64,000 nt of DNA from Ilyobacter polytropus (GTDB taxonomy: Bacteria > Fusobacteriota > Fusobacteriia > Fusobacteriales > Fusobacteriaceae), in contig QKCP01000051.1 in the NCBI GenBank assembly GCA_003246855.1, positions 36,095 through 100,094 of the forward strand, written 5' to 3'. A program made the position numbers and the translations under genes. Each line of letters starts with the position of its first letter. Within the stretch, counting starts at the first letter, position 1. Positions 1 through 11,097 of the stretch are shown here, in pieces. Below the pieces are notes generated by a model. That model worked only from the letters and a program-made list of their open reading frames with translations. It did no database searches and was not told where the DNA came from.

Positions 1-581
1 ATAGCTAAAAGCCTTATTATAAATATAAAAATTATTATAAAATAGCTCAAATAGTTTTTAGATACCCCAATTACCTCAATGCCAAACCAATAAATAAGTC
101 CTCCCGAAAGGCATAAAACCGCGTATATCTCCTCTTTTAGGATGAACGGTATCTCCATAACCAGTATATCCCTTATCACCCCTCCTCCGACACCGGTAAG
201 GGTTGCCATTACAGCGGTCCCCAATATTCCCAGCCCATTAGACAGACCTTTTTCAGCACCTATTACTGTAAAAAGTGCAAGCCCCAATGCATCTGCAATC
301 TTTACAAAACTGGATATATATGTGAAATTTTCCAGCCTCTTGTACCCTACAGCATACACTAAAATACCCAGTGCGATTGCCATATAAATATCTTTATTGT
401 TCTCTAAGGCGTCCACGCTCACGTTCAGGACTACATCCCTTGTTATCCCGCCTCCAACTGAAGTTATAACTGCAAGCACTACTATTCCGAAAATATCCAA
501 ATGATGTTTTATCCCCTTTAAAGCCCCTGAAACAGCAAATGCCAACACACCAACTGTATTTATTATCAAAAATATCAGCAT
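1..581 (-). CDS. TRIC/UPF0126-family membrane protein (YadS/YicG-like); 3' end runs off the window
   Basis: Absent from the ORF track because no stop lies inside the window. My translation from the ATG at 581 reads MLIFLIINTVGVLAFAVSGALKGIKHHLDIFGIVVLAVITSVGGGITRDVV...GVGGGVIRDILVMEIPF. It has two GGGxxRD repeats, as in the duplicated UPF0126 domain. It supersedes listed ORFs 142..387(+) and 394..588(-). Confidence 0.75.
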   Translation of the reverse strand, partial: MLIFLIINTVGVLAFAVSGALKGIKHHLDIFGIVVLAVITSVGGGITRDVVLNVSVDALENNKDIYMAIALGILVYAVGYKRLENFTYISSFVKIADALGLALFTVIGAEKGLSNGLGILGTAVMATLTGVGGGVIRDILVMEIPFILKEEIYAVLCLSGGLIYWFGIEVIGVSKNYLSYFIIIFIFIIRLLA

Positions 582-589
582 AAGTCACC

Positions 590-1333
590 TCAAAGCTTTA
601 TGTACATATTAAGCAGATTAATAAAAAAATTGAATATAGGCAATATTATCCCCCACAAACTGCCTGTAAAAACTAATACTAGTATTATTATCAATCCGTA
701 GTTTTCCATACTCTCCATGAAATCCTTTACGCCTCTAGACCCCAAGCTCCAAATAATCCTAGACCCGTCAAGCGGCGGGATTGGGATAAGATTAAAAATC
801 GCCAGGACCAAATTTATGCGTATAAGATAGCTTACAACAGTATATATGTACTGGTTTGCATAAACCTTATCCGGAAAGAATTTTATTATGTTAGCACCTA
901 TAAATGCAAGAATAAAATTTACTGTGACCCCAGCTATAGAAACAAAAAATACACCATTTTTTTTCTTCCTCAACCTTTCGAATGAAATAGGAACCGGTTT
1001 TGCCCAACCTATAATAAACCTAGAGCCTGTAAGTATAAGGAAGAGCGGGAATAGGGTCCCTGCCAAGTCCAAGTGCTTTATGGGATTCAAGGTAAGCCTG
1101 CCTTGGTTTTTAGCAGTATCATCTCCGAACAGATAAGCCACATAACCATGCGCCACCTCGTGGAGAACCACCGACATTAGCAGTACCACTATTATAAGTA
1201 ATATTGCTGGGTTAAAAGCCACAGTTTTCAAGGCGTTTGCTAAAAATAAACCTCCTAAAATCCATAAAATATATTTTGCCGTTTTAGGCATGTCATAATT
1301 TAAATATTTAAATTCTTCCCAAAATCTTTTCAT
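590..1333 (-). CDS. Site-2 protease family (peptidase M50) membrane metalloprotease
   Basis: HEVAHGY (HExxH) lies in a TM segment, with a downstream NLIPIPPLDGSRI motif. The protein is polytopic and hydrophobic. Confidence 0.85.
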   Translation of the reverse strand: MKRFWEEFKYLNYDMPKTAKYILWILGGLFLANALKTVAFNPAILLIIVVLLMSVVLHEVAHGYVAYLFGDDTAKNQGRLTLNPIKHLDLAGTLFPLFLILTGSRFIIGWAKPVPISFERLRKKKNGVFFVSIAGVTVNFILAFIGANIIKFFPDKVYANQYIYTVVSYLIRINLVLAIFNLIPIPPLDGSRIIWSLGSRGVKDFMESMENYGLIIILVLVFTGSLWGIILPIFNFFINLLNMYIKL

Positions 1334-1389
1334 AATATTTCCCCCGCTATCTCTAGTTTATTATAAAATAACACATTTAAAGTTTTTTT

Positions 1390-3111
1390 TCAACGGCACC
1401 CCTCTACAGTAACTATCCTCCCATTCGTATTTTTAAACACATAATCTTTATAAATGAGTGTCTCACCATTTTTTAAGTTTATACTTTGTACAACATCAAA
1501 AGTTTTCACGAATTTATCATCTATTTCTTCAAGGCTTACCAACACATCTATGTTCTTTACACCATTGTCTTTTAGTAGCCGTATGTCTTTTTCTTTCAAT
1601 ATTTCATTCACTATCAAAATACTCTCACTGTTTCCAATATATCTGTTCTTCCTAAATTCAAAACTTTTTGAAGCACTGTTTAGATCCATATTAAAAACTA
1701 TAATTCCAACAATTACAATGCTAAAAATATTCTTTTTTGCCTTGACCCAGTAAAAAATAAATAACATGAGACAAAGATATAGATAGATGAAAAATAGTGG
1801 CGATATCTCCCTATAAATTTCCACTGTCATAATTGGTAATTTTGATGCTGCACCTATAAATACCATAAGGAGCCTATAGACAGCATATGTAAGAGGCATT
1901 AAGAATTTCCCAAAATAAATAAAGGAACATGCCAGTGCGAAAAATGATAGCTGTATAAACAGGGTCCCCAACGGAACGGCTACAACATTCACCAAAAATG
2001 ATAGTAATGGAATACTTTTAAAATAATATAAAAATATCGGAGTTAAGCTAACCTGTATTGAAAAACTTATAACCATTAAATCCAATAAAACTTCAAAAGC
2101 TTTGTTTTTATTCTTCTCAATGATCCTAATTTTTGCCTTTAGATTTTCTTTTATTTTCGGGAAGACAAAAATTATGGCAAAAAGTGCCACATACGAGAGT
2201 TCGAATGAAACTGAATTTAAAATAGTTGGATTTATCAATATGGAAATTATAAATGCAAGACACAAAGACTTTTTCAAATCTGTTTCCTCATAAAATATTT
2301 TAGAAAAAATATATATACTGCCCATTATATAGGCCCTTAAGGTGGATGGGCTAAAGCCTATTGAAAAACAATAAAAACTCAAAATTATAAAAGTTAATAT
2401 ATATTTTAACTGATAAGGCGTCCTTAAAAGGTTAAATATCCCCATACAAATAACAGCTATAGTCCCTATATGCAACCCTGAAACAACTATTAAGTGTGCT
2501 GTCCCGGTATACGAAAAGCGTTCTTTCATCTCATTTTCTATTCCATCTTTATCTCCCAGCAGTACAGCTTTTATAAATCCCTGAAACTCCTGAGGATAGT
2601 CCTTTGTAAGTCTGAGTATATTTTTTAAAAATACCCTCCTGTATCCGTCAAAGCTTGCCTGATATATCTCTTTAGAGTCTATATCTAGATAAAGAAAGCC
2701 CCTAGAATCTTCTAGCCCTCTTACTTCGGCATAAACCTCATAATACCCGCTCTCGATGCTTTCATCGTCTAACTTGGCGTACACTTTTTTCACAGGGTAC
2801 CTTCCATCTATTTTTGTAATTTCAGAACTCGAACTAAACTTGTGTATGTTGAACCGGTGTAACTCTCCAATTGAAAGCTTTCCCTTATACGTGGTCATCT
2901 CATACCTTGCACTCAATAATAAAATCGCAGTCCAAAAAATTATAAACTTGCTTTTATTTCTACACTTTCCTCCGCTTGATAAAACTCCGACAAAACTTAA
3001 AAACGCCAAAAAAGGGAGTATAAAAATCAGCGGTATTCTAAATACCGACACAGCTAAAGAAAATAAAAAACTTACAAAAAACAAAAAATATATAGGTTGC
3101 AAAAATATCAC
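1390..3111 (-). CDS. comEC: ComEC/Rec2-family competence channel protein (no C-terminal beta-lactamase domain)
   Basis: 573 aa and polytopic. It carries the GTAHLIVVSGLHIG motif typical of the ComEC competence domain. Confidence 0.8.
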   Translation of the reverse strand: MIFLQPIYFLFFVSFLFSLAVSVFRIPLIFILPFLAFLSFVGVLSSGGKCRNKSKFIIFWTAILLLSARYEMTTYKGKLSIGELHRFNIHKFSSSSEITKIDGRYPVKKVYAKLDDESIESGYYEVYAEVRGLEDSRGFLYLDIDSKEIYQASFDGYRRVFLKNILRLTKDYPQEFQGFIKAVLLGDKDGIENEMKERFSYTGTAHLIVVSGLHIGTIAVICMGIFNLLRTPYQLKYILTFIILSFYCFSIGFSPSTLRAYIMGSIYIFSKIFYEETDLKKSLCLAFIISILINPTILNSVSFELSYVALFAIIFVFPKIKENLKAKIRIIEKNKNKAFEVLLDLMVISFSIQVSLTPIFLYYFKSIPLLSFLVNVVAVPLGTLFIQLSFFALACSFIYFGKFLMPLTYAVYRLLMVFIGAASKLPIMTVEIYREISPLFFIYLYLCLMLFIFYWVKAKKNIFSIVIVGIIVFNMDLNSASKSFEFRKNRYIGNSESILIVNEILKEKDIRLLKDNGVKNIDVLVSLEEIDDKFVKTFDVVQSINLKNGETLIYKDYVFKNTNGRIVTVEGCR

Positions 3112-3153
3112 CTACCAATTAAAGAAAGCGGGGATATCACTATCCCCTACACT

Positions 3154-3678
3154 CTACTCTTTTATCCAGTTGTCTGTAACTGTATAATTATCTTTAGTAG
3201 CACCATCAGGCTTATATGTATTTACCTGCAGATAATCCACGTATGGTCTTGATATATAAAAAGCTATCTTATATAAAGGATCTTCGTCATCATTGAAAAT
3301 ATAGATGGAAAAGTTTTTGTTCAAATTTCCTTTTACAGTTGTGTGAAAAGCTGAATCAGAAGTGCTTGTTATATATGTAAATTTATCGGAGAGTTTCAGA
3401 GTCTCCTTTAAGGCTGCTGGGGAACTTGAGCTGTCATATATCTCAAATTTTGAAGGAAGGTTCATCTGAATGTTATAACTTTTCCCCTCTTCAAAGGATT
3501 TTTCAGCTACCGCCCTAAAAAATTCAGGTATCTGCGTCTTCATCCTTATGAATTCATTTTTTTCATATCTTTTATTCATAGCCAGCATGCCCATACCCAC
3601 CAAAATTGCTATAATGGCCACGACCACCATCATCTCTACAAGGGTAAAACCTCTTTTTTTACCAAACATATCTATCAC
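3154..3678 (-). CDS. Prepilin-type N-terminal cleavage/methylation domain protein (type IV pilin or pseudopilin-like)
   Basis: The N-terminus is MFGKKRGFTLVEMMVVVAIIAILVG, i.e. a G/FTLxE class III signal plus hydrophobic helix. The real start may be the internal Met 3 codons in. Confidence 0.8.
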   Translation of the reverse strand: MIDMFGKKRGFTLVEMMVVVAIIAILVGMGMLAMNKRYEKNEFIRMKTQIPEFFRAVAEKSFEEGKSYNIQMNLPSKFEIYDSSSSPAALKETLKLSDKFTYITSTSDSAFHTTVKGNLNKNFSIYIFNDDEDPLYKIAFYISRPYVDYLQVNTYKPDGATKDNYTVTDNWIKE

Positions 3679-3773
3679 CCGCCCATTATTGATCTTTTAA
3701 TCATCTCCTAATTTATATACAAAAAAATATAATATTTCCTACGAACAAAAAATAGAGTCAATTCAGCTTGACC

Positions 3774-4373
3774 CTATTTCATAATCTGTATTTTTTTCAA
3801 GACACCCTTTACAGCTTCCTCTATATCGCGGTATCCGTCTATATCCTCTTTCCTTACTATACTTGAGATCTCCTTTTTACTGTATCCCAGGGATTCTAAA
3901 GCAAGGTACAGGTCTTCCTCCAGCCTTAGCTTCTCGTCTGCGTCACCGGCATCGACCACATCAAATATACTGAGTCCGCCTACCTTGTCCCTCAGATCTA
4001 CTATTAATTTTTCAGCCTTTTTCTTCCCAAGTTTAGGGACCTTTATAAGCAGGTTTATATCTCCGTTAACAATGGCTTTTTTAAGATCAGACACATCGAA
4101 GGCAGACAGGATTGCAAGCGCTAAGCTTATACCTATACCGTTTACGTTTAAAAGCAGCTTAAACATATCTCTCTCCCTCTCATCATAAAAGCCTATCAGC
4201 TTAAAGCTGTCCTCTTTTACATAGGTATATATATACAATTTCTCTTGTGCCCCTAGTTTTAATTTATCATATGTCTTCAAGGATATGTGTACCATATACC
4301 CTACCCCATTTACATCTAAGGCCACATACTCAGTTTTTTTTGTTTCCAAAACCCCTTTTATATATTCATACAC
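3774..4373 (-). CDS. ruvA: Holliday junction branch migration complex subunit RuvA
   Basis: N-terminus MYEYIKGVLE...VNGVGY, 199 aa, with HhH region NGIGISLALAILS. Confidence 0.93.
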   Translation of the reverse strand: MYEYIKGVLETKKTEYVALDVNGVGYMVHISLKTYDKLKLGAQEKLYIYTYVKEDSFKLIGFYDERERDMFKLLLNVNGIGISLALAILSAFDVSDLKKAIVNGDINLLIKVPKLGKKKAEKLIVDLRDKVGGLSIFDVVDAGDADEKLRLEEDLYLALESLGYSKKEISSIVRKEDIDGYRDIEEAVKGVLKKIQIMK

Positions 4374-4375
4374 GG

Positions 4376-5203
4376 CTATTCTCCTTCATACTTTTCTATA
4401 TCGACCATCTCTACATTTTCAAGGGATGAGTTCAAGAAAATCCCCCCTAATTTCTGAAAATCATTCGGAGAATCACTTACATAGAACTCTGTCTCGCCCT
4501 TTTTCTCCTCTCCGCCGAGAATATTCAAGTTGCTCAAGGTATACATCACATCGATTGCCGTTTCTTCGGCAGGATTTATAAGGTTTATACCGTGACCATT
4601 GAGCACCCTTTTTATAACGTTTTTGAGAAGCGGGTAATGTGTACACCCTAGAACAAGGGTATCTATTTCATTTTTTATCTCTAAAAGGTATCTTTCAGCC
4701 ATCTCTTCGGTTATTATGTCGTTTTCAAGTCCCTCTTCAACCAGTGGGACAAATAGAGGACAGGCTTTCTGCCTTACGACTATTTCAGAATTTAAGCTTC
4801 TTATCTCTCTGAGGTAAACTTCGCTTGAAACTGTTTTTTTAGTACCTATTACTCCCACTATATTATTCTTGGTTGCTGTTGCGGCCCTTCTGCTCCCAGC
4901 CTTTATTACACCGATAACAGGTATTTCTAGCTCTTTTTGAAGTTCTTCTAGTGCAAGAGAGCTTGCGGTGTTGCATGCGACGACTATCATCTTAACATTT
5001 TTTGTCAGCAAAAAATTCGATATCTGTCTGGAATACCTTAGTATTACTGTTTTTGACTTTGCCCCATAGGGAACTCTCGCAGTGTCCCCGAAATAAACTA
5101 TATTTTCATTTGGCAATAATTTCCTAAGCTCTTTCACTACTGTCAAGCCACCGAGCCCAGAATCAAATACTCCTATAGCCCTTTTATCTATCTCAATCAC
5201 CAC
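4376..5203 (-). CDS. murI: Glutamate racemase
   Basis: Motifs DSGLGGLTV, VACNTAS and GCTHYP are all present. Confidence 0.95.
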   Translation of the reverse strand: MVIEIDKRAIGVFDSGLGGLTVVKELRKLLPNENIVYFGDTARVPYGAKSKTVILRYSRQISNFLLTKNVKMIVVACNTASSLALEELQKELEIPVIGVIKAGSRRAATATKNNIVGVIGTKKTVSSEVYLREIRSLNSEIVVRQKACPLFVPLVEEGLENDIITEEMAERYLLEIKNEIDTLVLGCTHYPLLKNVIKRVLNGHGINLINPAEETAIDVMYTLSNLNILGGEEKKGETEFYVSDSPNDFQKLGGIFLNSSLENVEMVDIEKYEGE

Positions 5204-5221
5204 TTTCCATATTCCTTTTGA

Positions 5222-8059
5222 TTAATCCATTTTTCTATTCAAAACTTTTTTCAAGTAATATCCTGTATAGGATTTCTTTTCCTTCGCCACCTCTTCAGGC
5301 GTTCCAATAGCGACTACCTGTCCGCCGCCGTCTCCTCCTTCAGGTCCTATATCTATTATATAGTCCGCTGTTTTTATCACATCAAGGTTATGCTCTATTA
5401 TAAGTACTGAGTTCCCCTTTTCCACAAGTCTATTAAGTACCTCCAAAAGCTTCCTTATGTCCTCGAAGTGTAAACCTGTAGTTGGCTCATCTAGTATATA
5501 TATAGTGTGACCCCTAGACATCTTTGCGAGCTCTGCTGCCAGCTTTATCCGCTGCGCTTCACCGCCTGAAAGGGTGGTAGCTGGTTGGCCAAGCTTTATG
5601 TAGTCGAGGCCTACGTCTATGAGCACCTTGAGTTTTCTTTCCAAGGAAGGGATGCTATTAAAAAAGTCATAGGCCTCTCCCACGCTCATATTCAAAACTT
5701 CCGAAATATTTTTACCTTTATAGTGTACCTCTAGCGTCTCTTTATTATACCTTTTCCCTTTACAAACCTCACATTCAACGTAAACATCTGGCAAAAAATT
5801 CATCTCAATTTTTATTATGCCGGCTCCCTGACAGGCCTCACATCTACCGCCCTTGACGTTAAAAGAAAATCTTCCCTTTTTATATCCCTTTATCTTCGCT
5901 TCCTTGGTTAAAGAAAAAAGATCCCTTATATCATCAAATATTTTTGTATAAGTAGCTGGGTTCGACCTAGGCGTTCGACCTATGGGACTTTGATCAATCT
6001 CTATAACCTTATCCAGATTTTCTATCCCATCTACCCCTCCATTTTCAAGAGGGTAAAGTTTCCCTTTGTTTAGCTTGTTAAAAAGTATCGGGTGCAGAGT
6101 CTGACTTACCAATGTGGATTTTCCACTGCCGCTAACACCTGTGACCACAGTTATAACTCCGAGGGGTATCTGGACATCTATGTTTTTTAAGTTGTTTCCT
6201 TTGGCTCCTTTTAAAGTCAGATGAGCGAAGGCCTTCCTCCTAGTTTCTGGCACATCTATACCGATCTCACCTTTTAGAAATTTCCCGGTTAAGGATTCCT
6301 TTTTCCTCATAACCTGTTTCGGTGTGCCGAAGGCGACTATGTCCCCACCAAACCTCCCTGCTCCTGGACCTAAATCTAACAGATAATCTGCTTGCAACAT
6401 AGTATCCTCATCATGCTCCACAACTATAAGTGTATTTCCCAGGTCCTTCAGTCTCCTGAGGGTAGTTAGTAATTTGTCGTTATCCCTTTGGTGAAGGCCT
6501 ATACTAGGTTCATCTAGCACATACAACACCCCTGTAAGTCCTGATCCTATCTGCGTAGCTAGTCTTATCCTCTGACTTTCTCCACCAGAAAGAGTTTTTG
6601 TCTCCCTAGAAAGGGTCAAGTAATCAAGGCCGACGTTTATCATAAAGGTGAGCCTCTCGCGAATTTCTTTCAAAATCTCCTTTGCTATAAACTCCTGTTT
6701 TTCGGTAAGCTTTAGTCCATTAAAAAATTTCAAAGCTTCTTTTATACTGAGAAAACATATTTCCATTATATTTTTACCGCTTACCGTTATAGATAAAACT
6801 TCTGGCTTCAGCCTCCTGCCTTCACAAACTTTGCATACCCTCTCTATCATATATTTATTCTCTATCTCATCTTTTACCGCATCAGAATTTGTCTCATAGT
6901 ATCTTCTTTCCAAGTTTTTTACTATGCCTTCAAAGTCCTTCATTCCATTATACGAAAAGTCTCTTCCCCTATAATCTACCCTAAATCTCTTGCCGCCTGT
7001 GCCGTAAAAAATTATCTGCTTTTTGTGCTCCTCTATCTCCCTGAAAGGTAAGTCCATATCTATTTCGAAGGCCTTTGCCATAGATTCAAAAATGGTCCAA
7101 ACATAACCCTTCCTTACACTGCCTCCTGGAATGTAAATAGCTCCCTCTCTTATAGATAAATCTTCATTTATAAGCAGCCTACCTTCGTCTATCTCCAGCT
7201 TCTTACCTATACCATTACACTCCACACACGCACCGTAAGGGGCATTAAATGAAAAAAGCCTTGGATTTACATCTGGAAAATCCACGTCATGATCCGGGCA
7301 GGCAAAGTTTTCGCTATATGAATAATCATCCCCGTTTCTGTTTACCATTACCCTGCCTTCTGATAGGATAATCGCGCTCTCAACAGACTCTGTAAACCTA
7401 GCTTCAAACTCCCGATCGTCTTTTTTCAATACCAACCTGTCGACTACAACTTCTATGTTGTGCTTCTGGTTTTTATTAAGATTTATTTCATCTTCTAAGT
7501 AAAGTATCTCCCCGTTTACTCTCACCCTTACGAACCCCTTTTTTAAAAGGTTCAAAAAAAGGTTTTTATGTGTACCCTTTTTTCCTCTCACAACTGGCGA
7601 CAGCACCATAAGCTTGTCTCCGTCCTGAAAGCTTTTTAGCACCCCTTCCACTATTTCTTGAGTGCTTTGCTTTTCTACCACCCTGCCACATATAGGACAA
7701 TGGGCCGTGCCTATATGTGCAAAAAGCAATCTCATATAATCGTATATTTCGGTTATTGTCCCCACTGTAGACCTTGGATTTTTGCTGGTAGTCTTCTGTT
7801 CTATTGATATTGCAGGAGAAAGCCCCTCTATGCTGTCAACATCCGGCTTATTCATCTGACCTATAAACTGTCTGGCATATGCGGAAAGGCTCTCTACATA
7901 ACGCCTCTGACCTTCAGAGTACAGCGTATCAAATGCTAGACTTGACTTTCCGCTCCCGCTAACTCCAGTTATCACTATGAACTTATTTTTAGGAATCTCT
8001 ATATTTATATTTTTCAGGTTATGCTCCCTGGCACCTTTTATAATTATCTTATCCAACAT
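5222..8059 (-). CDS. uvrA: Excinuclease ABC subunit A
   Basis: 945 aa with two ABC modules ([23 protein letters not shown]), zinc-finger Cys clusters and LSGGE signatures. Confidence 0.98.
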   Translation of the reverse strand: MLDKIIIKGAREHNLKNINIEIPKNKFIVITGVSGSGKSSLAFDTLYSEGQRRYVESLSAYARQFIGQMNKPDVDSIEGLSPAISIEQKTTSKNPRSTVGTITEIYDYMRLLFAHIGTAHCPICGRVVEKQSTQEIVEGVLKSFQDGDKLMVLSPVVRGKKGTHKNLFLNLLKKGFVRVRVNGEILYLEDEINLNKNQKHNIEVVVDRLVLKKDDREFEARFTESVESAIILSEGRVMVNRNGDDYSYSENFACPDHDVDFPDVNPRLFSFNAPYGACVECNGIGKKLEIDEGRLLINEDLSIREGAIYIPGGSVRKGYVWTIFESMAKAFEIDMDLPFREIEEHKKQIIFYGTGGKRFRVDYRGRDFSYNGMKDFEGIVKNLERRYYETNSDAVKDEIENKYMIERVCKVCEGRRLKPEVLSITVSGKNIMEICFLSIKEALKFFNGLKLTEKQEFIAKEILKEIRERLTFMINVGLDYLTLSRETKTLSGGESQRIRLATQIGSGLTGVLYVLDEPSIGLHQRDNDKLLTTLRRLKDLGNTLIVVEHDEDTMLQADYLLDLGPGAGRFGGDIVAFGTPKQVMRKKESLTGKFLKGEIGIDVPETRRKAFAHLTLKGAKGNNLKNIDVQIPLGVITVVTGVSGSGKSTLVSQTLHPILFNKLNKGKLYPLENGGVDGIENLDKVIEIDQSPIGRTPRSNPATYTKIFDDIRDLFSLTKEAKIKGYKKGRFSFNVKGGRCEACQGAGIIKIEMNFLPDVYVECEVCKGKRYNKETLEVHYKGKNISEVLNMSVGEAYDFFNSIPSLERKLKVLIDVGLDYIKLGQPATTLSGGEAQRIKLAAELAKMSRGHTIYILDEPTTGLHFEDIRKLLEVLNRLVEKGNSVLIIEHNLDVIKTADYIIDIGPEGGDGGGQVVAIGTPEEVAKEKKSYTGYYLKKVLNRKMD

Positions 8060-8444
8060 AATTTCCCCCTGAAACTTTTTACTATATTATACCATAATTC
8101 ACTCAAGTTGCTATTCAAAATTATCAATGTATTACTGAATTTATTTACTAAAGATTTTTAGCACAGAGTTTTTATAGAACTTTTAAATATGAGGCGCACA
8201 GAGAAAAACTTTAAAATAATTTTTTGTCACAAATTTTCACATATCACTCGAACTATTAAATAGATCTAAGTAAGTCTCTTTTACGCCTAAACTCTATAAA
8301 ACTCTTTCTTTTGATTCATGTCAATTCGTGTGGTTCACAACTAAAACATATATTTTTTTATTTTTATGACTTTAAATCAATTCAATAGTTTGTTTAAAGT
8401 TTAAATACAGTTATCAACTTAAAATATTTATACAAAATAAAATG

Positions 8445-8466
8445 AAAAAAGGCACCCTTGGGTGCC
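8445..8466 (-). terminator. Intrinsic terminator downstream of glyA
   Basis: The minus strand reads GGCACCCAAGGGTGCC followed by TTTTTT, 4 nt after the glyA stop. Confidence 0.75.
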
Positions 8467-8469
8467 ATA

Positions 8470-9714
8470 TTATCTGTATAATGGAAACTTTTCAGAAAGT
8501 TTACGTACGTCTTCTTTAACTCTCTTAAGTTCAGCTTCATCCTCTATGTTGTCTATTACTCTTTCTATAAGTGAAGCTATCTCTTTCATTTCAGCCTCTT
8601 TCATTCCACGCTGAGTTACCGCAGGAGTACCTATTCTGATACCGCTTGTAACAAAAGGACTTTGTTGGTCAAAAGGAATAGTATTTTTATTAACAGTTAT
8701 TTCAGCTTTTACAAGCGCTTCTTCAGCTTTTTTACCAGTTATACCTTTTCCGCTAAGGTCAACAAGCATCAAGTGGTTGTCGGTTCCCCCACTTACTATT
8801 CTCAACCCTTTGTTTGTAAGCTCTTCTGCAAGAACTTTAGCATTTTTAACTATTTGTTTTTGGTATTCTTTGTACTCATCAGTCAAAGCCTCTTTAAATG
8901 CAACAGCTTTTGCAGCTATAACGTGCATTAATGGCCCACCTTGAATTCCAGGGAAGATACTTTTATCTAATTTTTTAGCTATTTCCTCATCATTAGTAAT
9001 AATCATACCGCCACGAGGTCCTCTAAGAGTTTTGTGAGTTGTAGTTGTAACTATGTGGGCATATGGTACTGGGCTAGGATGCTCTCCTGCAGCTACTAAT
9101 CCAGCAATATGAGCCATATCCACCATCAAGTAAGCTCCTACTTCGTCAGCTATCTCCCTGAATTTTTTGAAATCTATTATTCTTGGATACGCGCTTGCCC
9201 CAGCTACGATAAGCTTAGGCTTGTGCTCCACTGCAAGTTTCCTAAGTTCTTCATAGTCAATTGTTTCTGTTTCTTTATCCACTCCGTAGAAAACTGCATT
9301 ATACAATTTACCAGAGAAGTTTATTCCGAATCCGTGAGTTAGATGCCCACCATGGTCTAATTTCATACCAAGGATAGTATCCCCTGGTTCAATTACAGCT
9401 TGGTATGCACCCATATTTGCTTGTGAACCCGAATGAGCTTGAACATTTACATATTTTACGTCGAATAGTTCTTTTGCCCTTTCGATTGCTAGTTCTTCTA
9501 CGATGTCAACGTTTTGGCATCCACCGTAATATCTTTTGTGCGGATATCCTTCTGCATACTTGTTTGTCATAACTCCGCCAACAGCTTCCATTACAGCTTT
9601 TGTTACAAAGTTCTCAGAGGCTATAAGTTCTATTCCGTACTCTTGTCTGTCTTCTTCTTTTTTTATAGCTTCGTATACCTCTAAGTCAACTTTCTTTAAA
9701 TGTTCCTGATTCAT
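8470..9714 (-). CDS. glyA: Serine hydroxymethyltransferase
   Basis: 414 aa with LIASENF, the PLP-lysine context [14 protein letters not shown], and GGTDNHL. Confidence 0.98.
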   Translation of the reverse strand: MNQEHLKKVDLEVYEAIKKEEDRQEYGIELIASENFVTKAVMEAVGGVMTNKYAEGYPHKRYYGGCQNVDIVEELAIERAKELFDVKYVNVQAHSGSQANMGAYQAVIEPGDTILGMKLDHGGHLTHGFGINFSGKLYNAVFYGVDKETETIDYEELRKLAVEHKPKLIVAGASAYPRIIDFKKFREIADEVGAYLMVDMAHIAGLVAAGEHPSPVPYAHIVTTTTHKTLRGPRGGMIITNDEEIAKKLDKSIFPGIQGGPLMHVIAAKAVAFKEALTDEYKEYQKQIVKNAKVLAEELTNKGLRIVSGGTDNHLMLVDLSGKGITGKKAEEALVKAEITVNKNTIPFDQQSPFVTSGIRIGTPAVTQRGMKEAEMKEIASLIERVIDNIEDEAELKRVKEDVRKLSEKFPLYR

Positions 9715-9730
9715 TTCATCACCCCAAATT

Positions 9731-10993
9731 TTAATTCTTTGTATAAAATATTTTTACATCCCCAGGCTTCAACAGTTCCTCATAAGCTATAGGAATGGTT
9801 CTTTCTAACGAAAAAGGAGATATATCCTCTATTAAGCTGCTCTCTAAAAGTTTGTCTAGATTTTCCAAACTTACCTTTTCTTCACCGCTAAAATTAAGGT
9901 TAGCGATTATCAAAGCGCTCTCATTTTCTGTGCTTTTTTTCAATAATAACACATTTGGATTAGGACAGTTTAAGAAAAAAAGCTCTGTCTCCTCATTAAA
10001 TATCTGGTATGTTTCTTTTATCCTATTTATTTCTCTTATGTATTCTTCCAGATGCATACTCTCTTCATCGATATTAAAATCGTAAATTCTTACGTCATCC
10101 AATCTTGCAGAACTACCATTTTCATATCCAACGGGTACTAAAACCCCTTTATTCATATATGCCGCCAACGAATACAGTACCATGGAGGCATTTGGATTTT
10201 TGTCGTATTTATCCGCTATTCTTTCTGTATCGTAATTTTCTGGAAAAGATATCAATCCTACATTATTTTTTAATTTATAATGCTGATCTAAAAACCAAAC
10301 ATCCTTAAAATTCCACCATTTAAAGCTGGTAAACAAATAATCAAACCCAATTCTTCCTAGGTCCAATATCTCACCAAGATTTGCTCCGAGATTATCACCT
10401 AGGAATATGAAATTATCCCTCTTCTGCTTTCCAGTTTTTATTAGTCTATCTATCAGACCTTCTGGAAGGTTAAACGCACAGTGTATCTTGACCCCATCAA
10501 AATCAAAGTCCATATAATGGAGCAAAAGTCCCTCCCAATAAGACCATATTTCTTCCCTTGTAGACATATTATCTGTATTGTTATCTATACGGAGAACATC
10601 TACGCACTCCGCCCAATCGTTGGAGCTTGTGATGGTATAGTTCTTAAACTGACCGTTTTCTGACTGATACCACTCGGGATGTTCCAGAACTAAATCCGAG
10701 TCTATAGATGTATGTGTACATATCATTTCAAAAATCACACCTATGCCAAGACGGTGTGCCTCGTTTACAAACGCCCTCAGCTGATCCTCAGCACTCTCAG
10801 GGGAATTGTCATCACAAATCCTCTCAGATATCTCATAGAAGTTCTTAGGAGCATAGAGATTCCGAGAATAACCAGTCTGAAAAAAAGGATTTATATATAC
10901 GTGGTCAAAATTCATGTATTTTATTTTTTTCAATCTTTCTTTCCAATCTGCCATGCTTCCAAGAGCATTTGGAAATAAATTATATATCCTCAT
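9731..10993 (-). CDS. GH13 alpha-amylase-superfamily protein, GlgE-like, possibly non-catalytic
   Basis: [11 protein letters not shown]...[12 protein letters not shown] and EHPEWY resemble the GlgE catalytic-domain N-terminus. Start moved to the Met preceded by GGAGGGGAG (ATG at 10993). See the finding on catalytic residues. Confidence 0.6.
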   Translation of the reverse strand: MRIYNLFPNALGSMADWKERLKKIKYMNFDHVYINPFFQTGYSRNLYAPKNFYEISERICDDNSPESAEDQLRAFVNEAHRLGIGVIFEMICTHTSIDSDLVLEHPEWYQSENGQFKNYTITSSNDWAECVDVLRIDNNTDNMSTREEIWSYWEGLLLHYMDFDFDGVKIHCAFNLPEGLIDRLIKTGKQKRDNFIFLGDNLGANLGEILDLGRIGFDYLFTSFKWWNFKDVWFLDQHYKLKNNVGLISFPENYDTERIADKYDKNPNASMVLYSLAAYMNKGVLVPVGYENGSSARLDDVRIYDFNIDEESMHLEEYIREINRIKETYQIFNEETELFFLNCPNPNVLLLKKSTENESALIIANLNFSGEEKVSLENLDKLLESSLIEDISPFSLERTIPIAYEELLKPGDVKIFYTKN

Positions 10994-11097
10994 AATCTCC
11001 CCTCCTTTCACGACACTTCATAAAGATTTTAACATATTCTACTTCATTTTACAATTAAATTATACATAAAATATATTAATTAACACGCCAATATGCT

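Noticed and set aside
142-588. Listed ORFs 142..387(+) and 394..588(-)
   Set aside because: Both overlap a much better reading frame on the minus strand: the UPF0126/TRIC-like gene starting at 581 and open to nt 1. Their translations are low-complexity or Cys/Arg-rich with no motifs.
8060-8444. 385-bp AT-rich non-coding gap upstream of uvrA: looked for a LexA/SOS box, a small RNA or repeats
   Set aside because: Only a CGAAC half-site (8248..8252) without the GTTCG partner is present. A twice-occurring GCACAGAG octamer and a plausible extended -10 (TGGTATAAT) for uvrA are also there. No terminator-bounded transcript or convincing palindrome is present.
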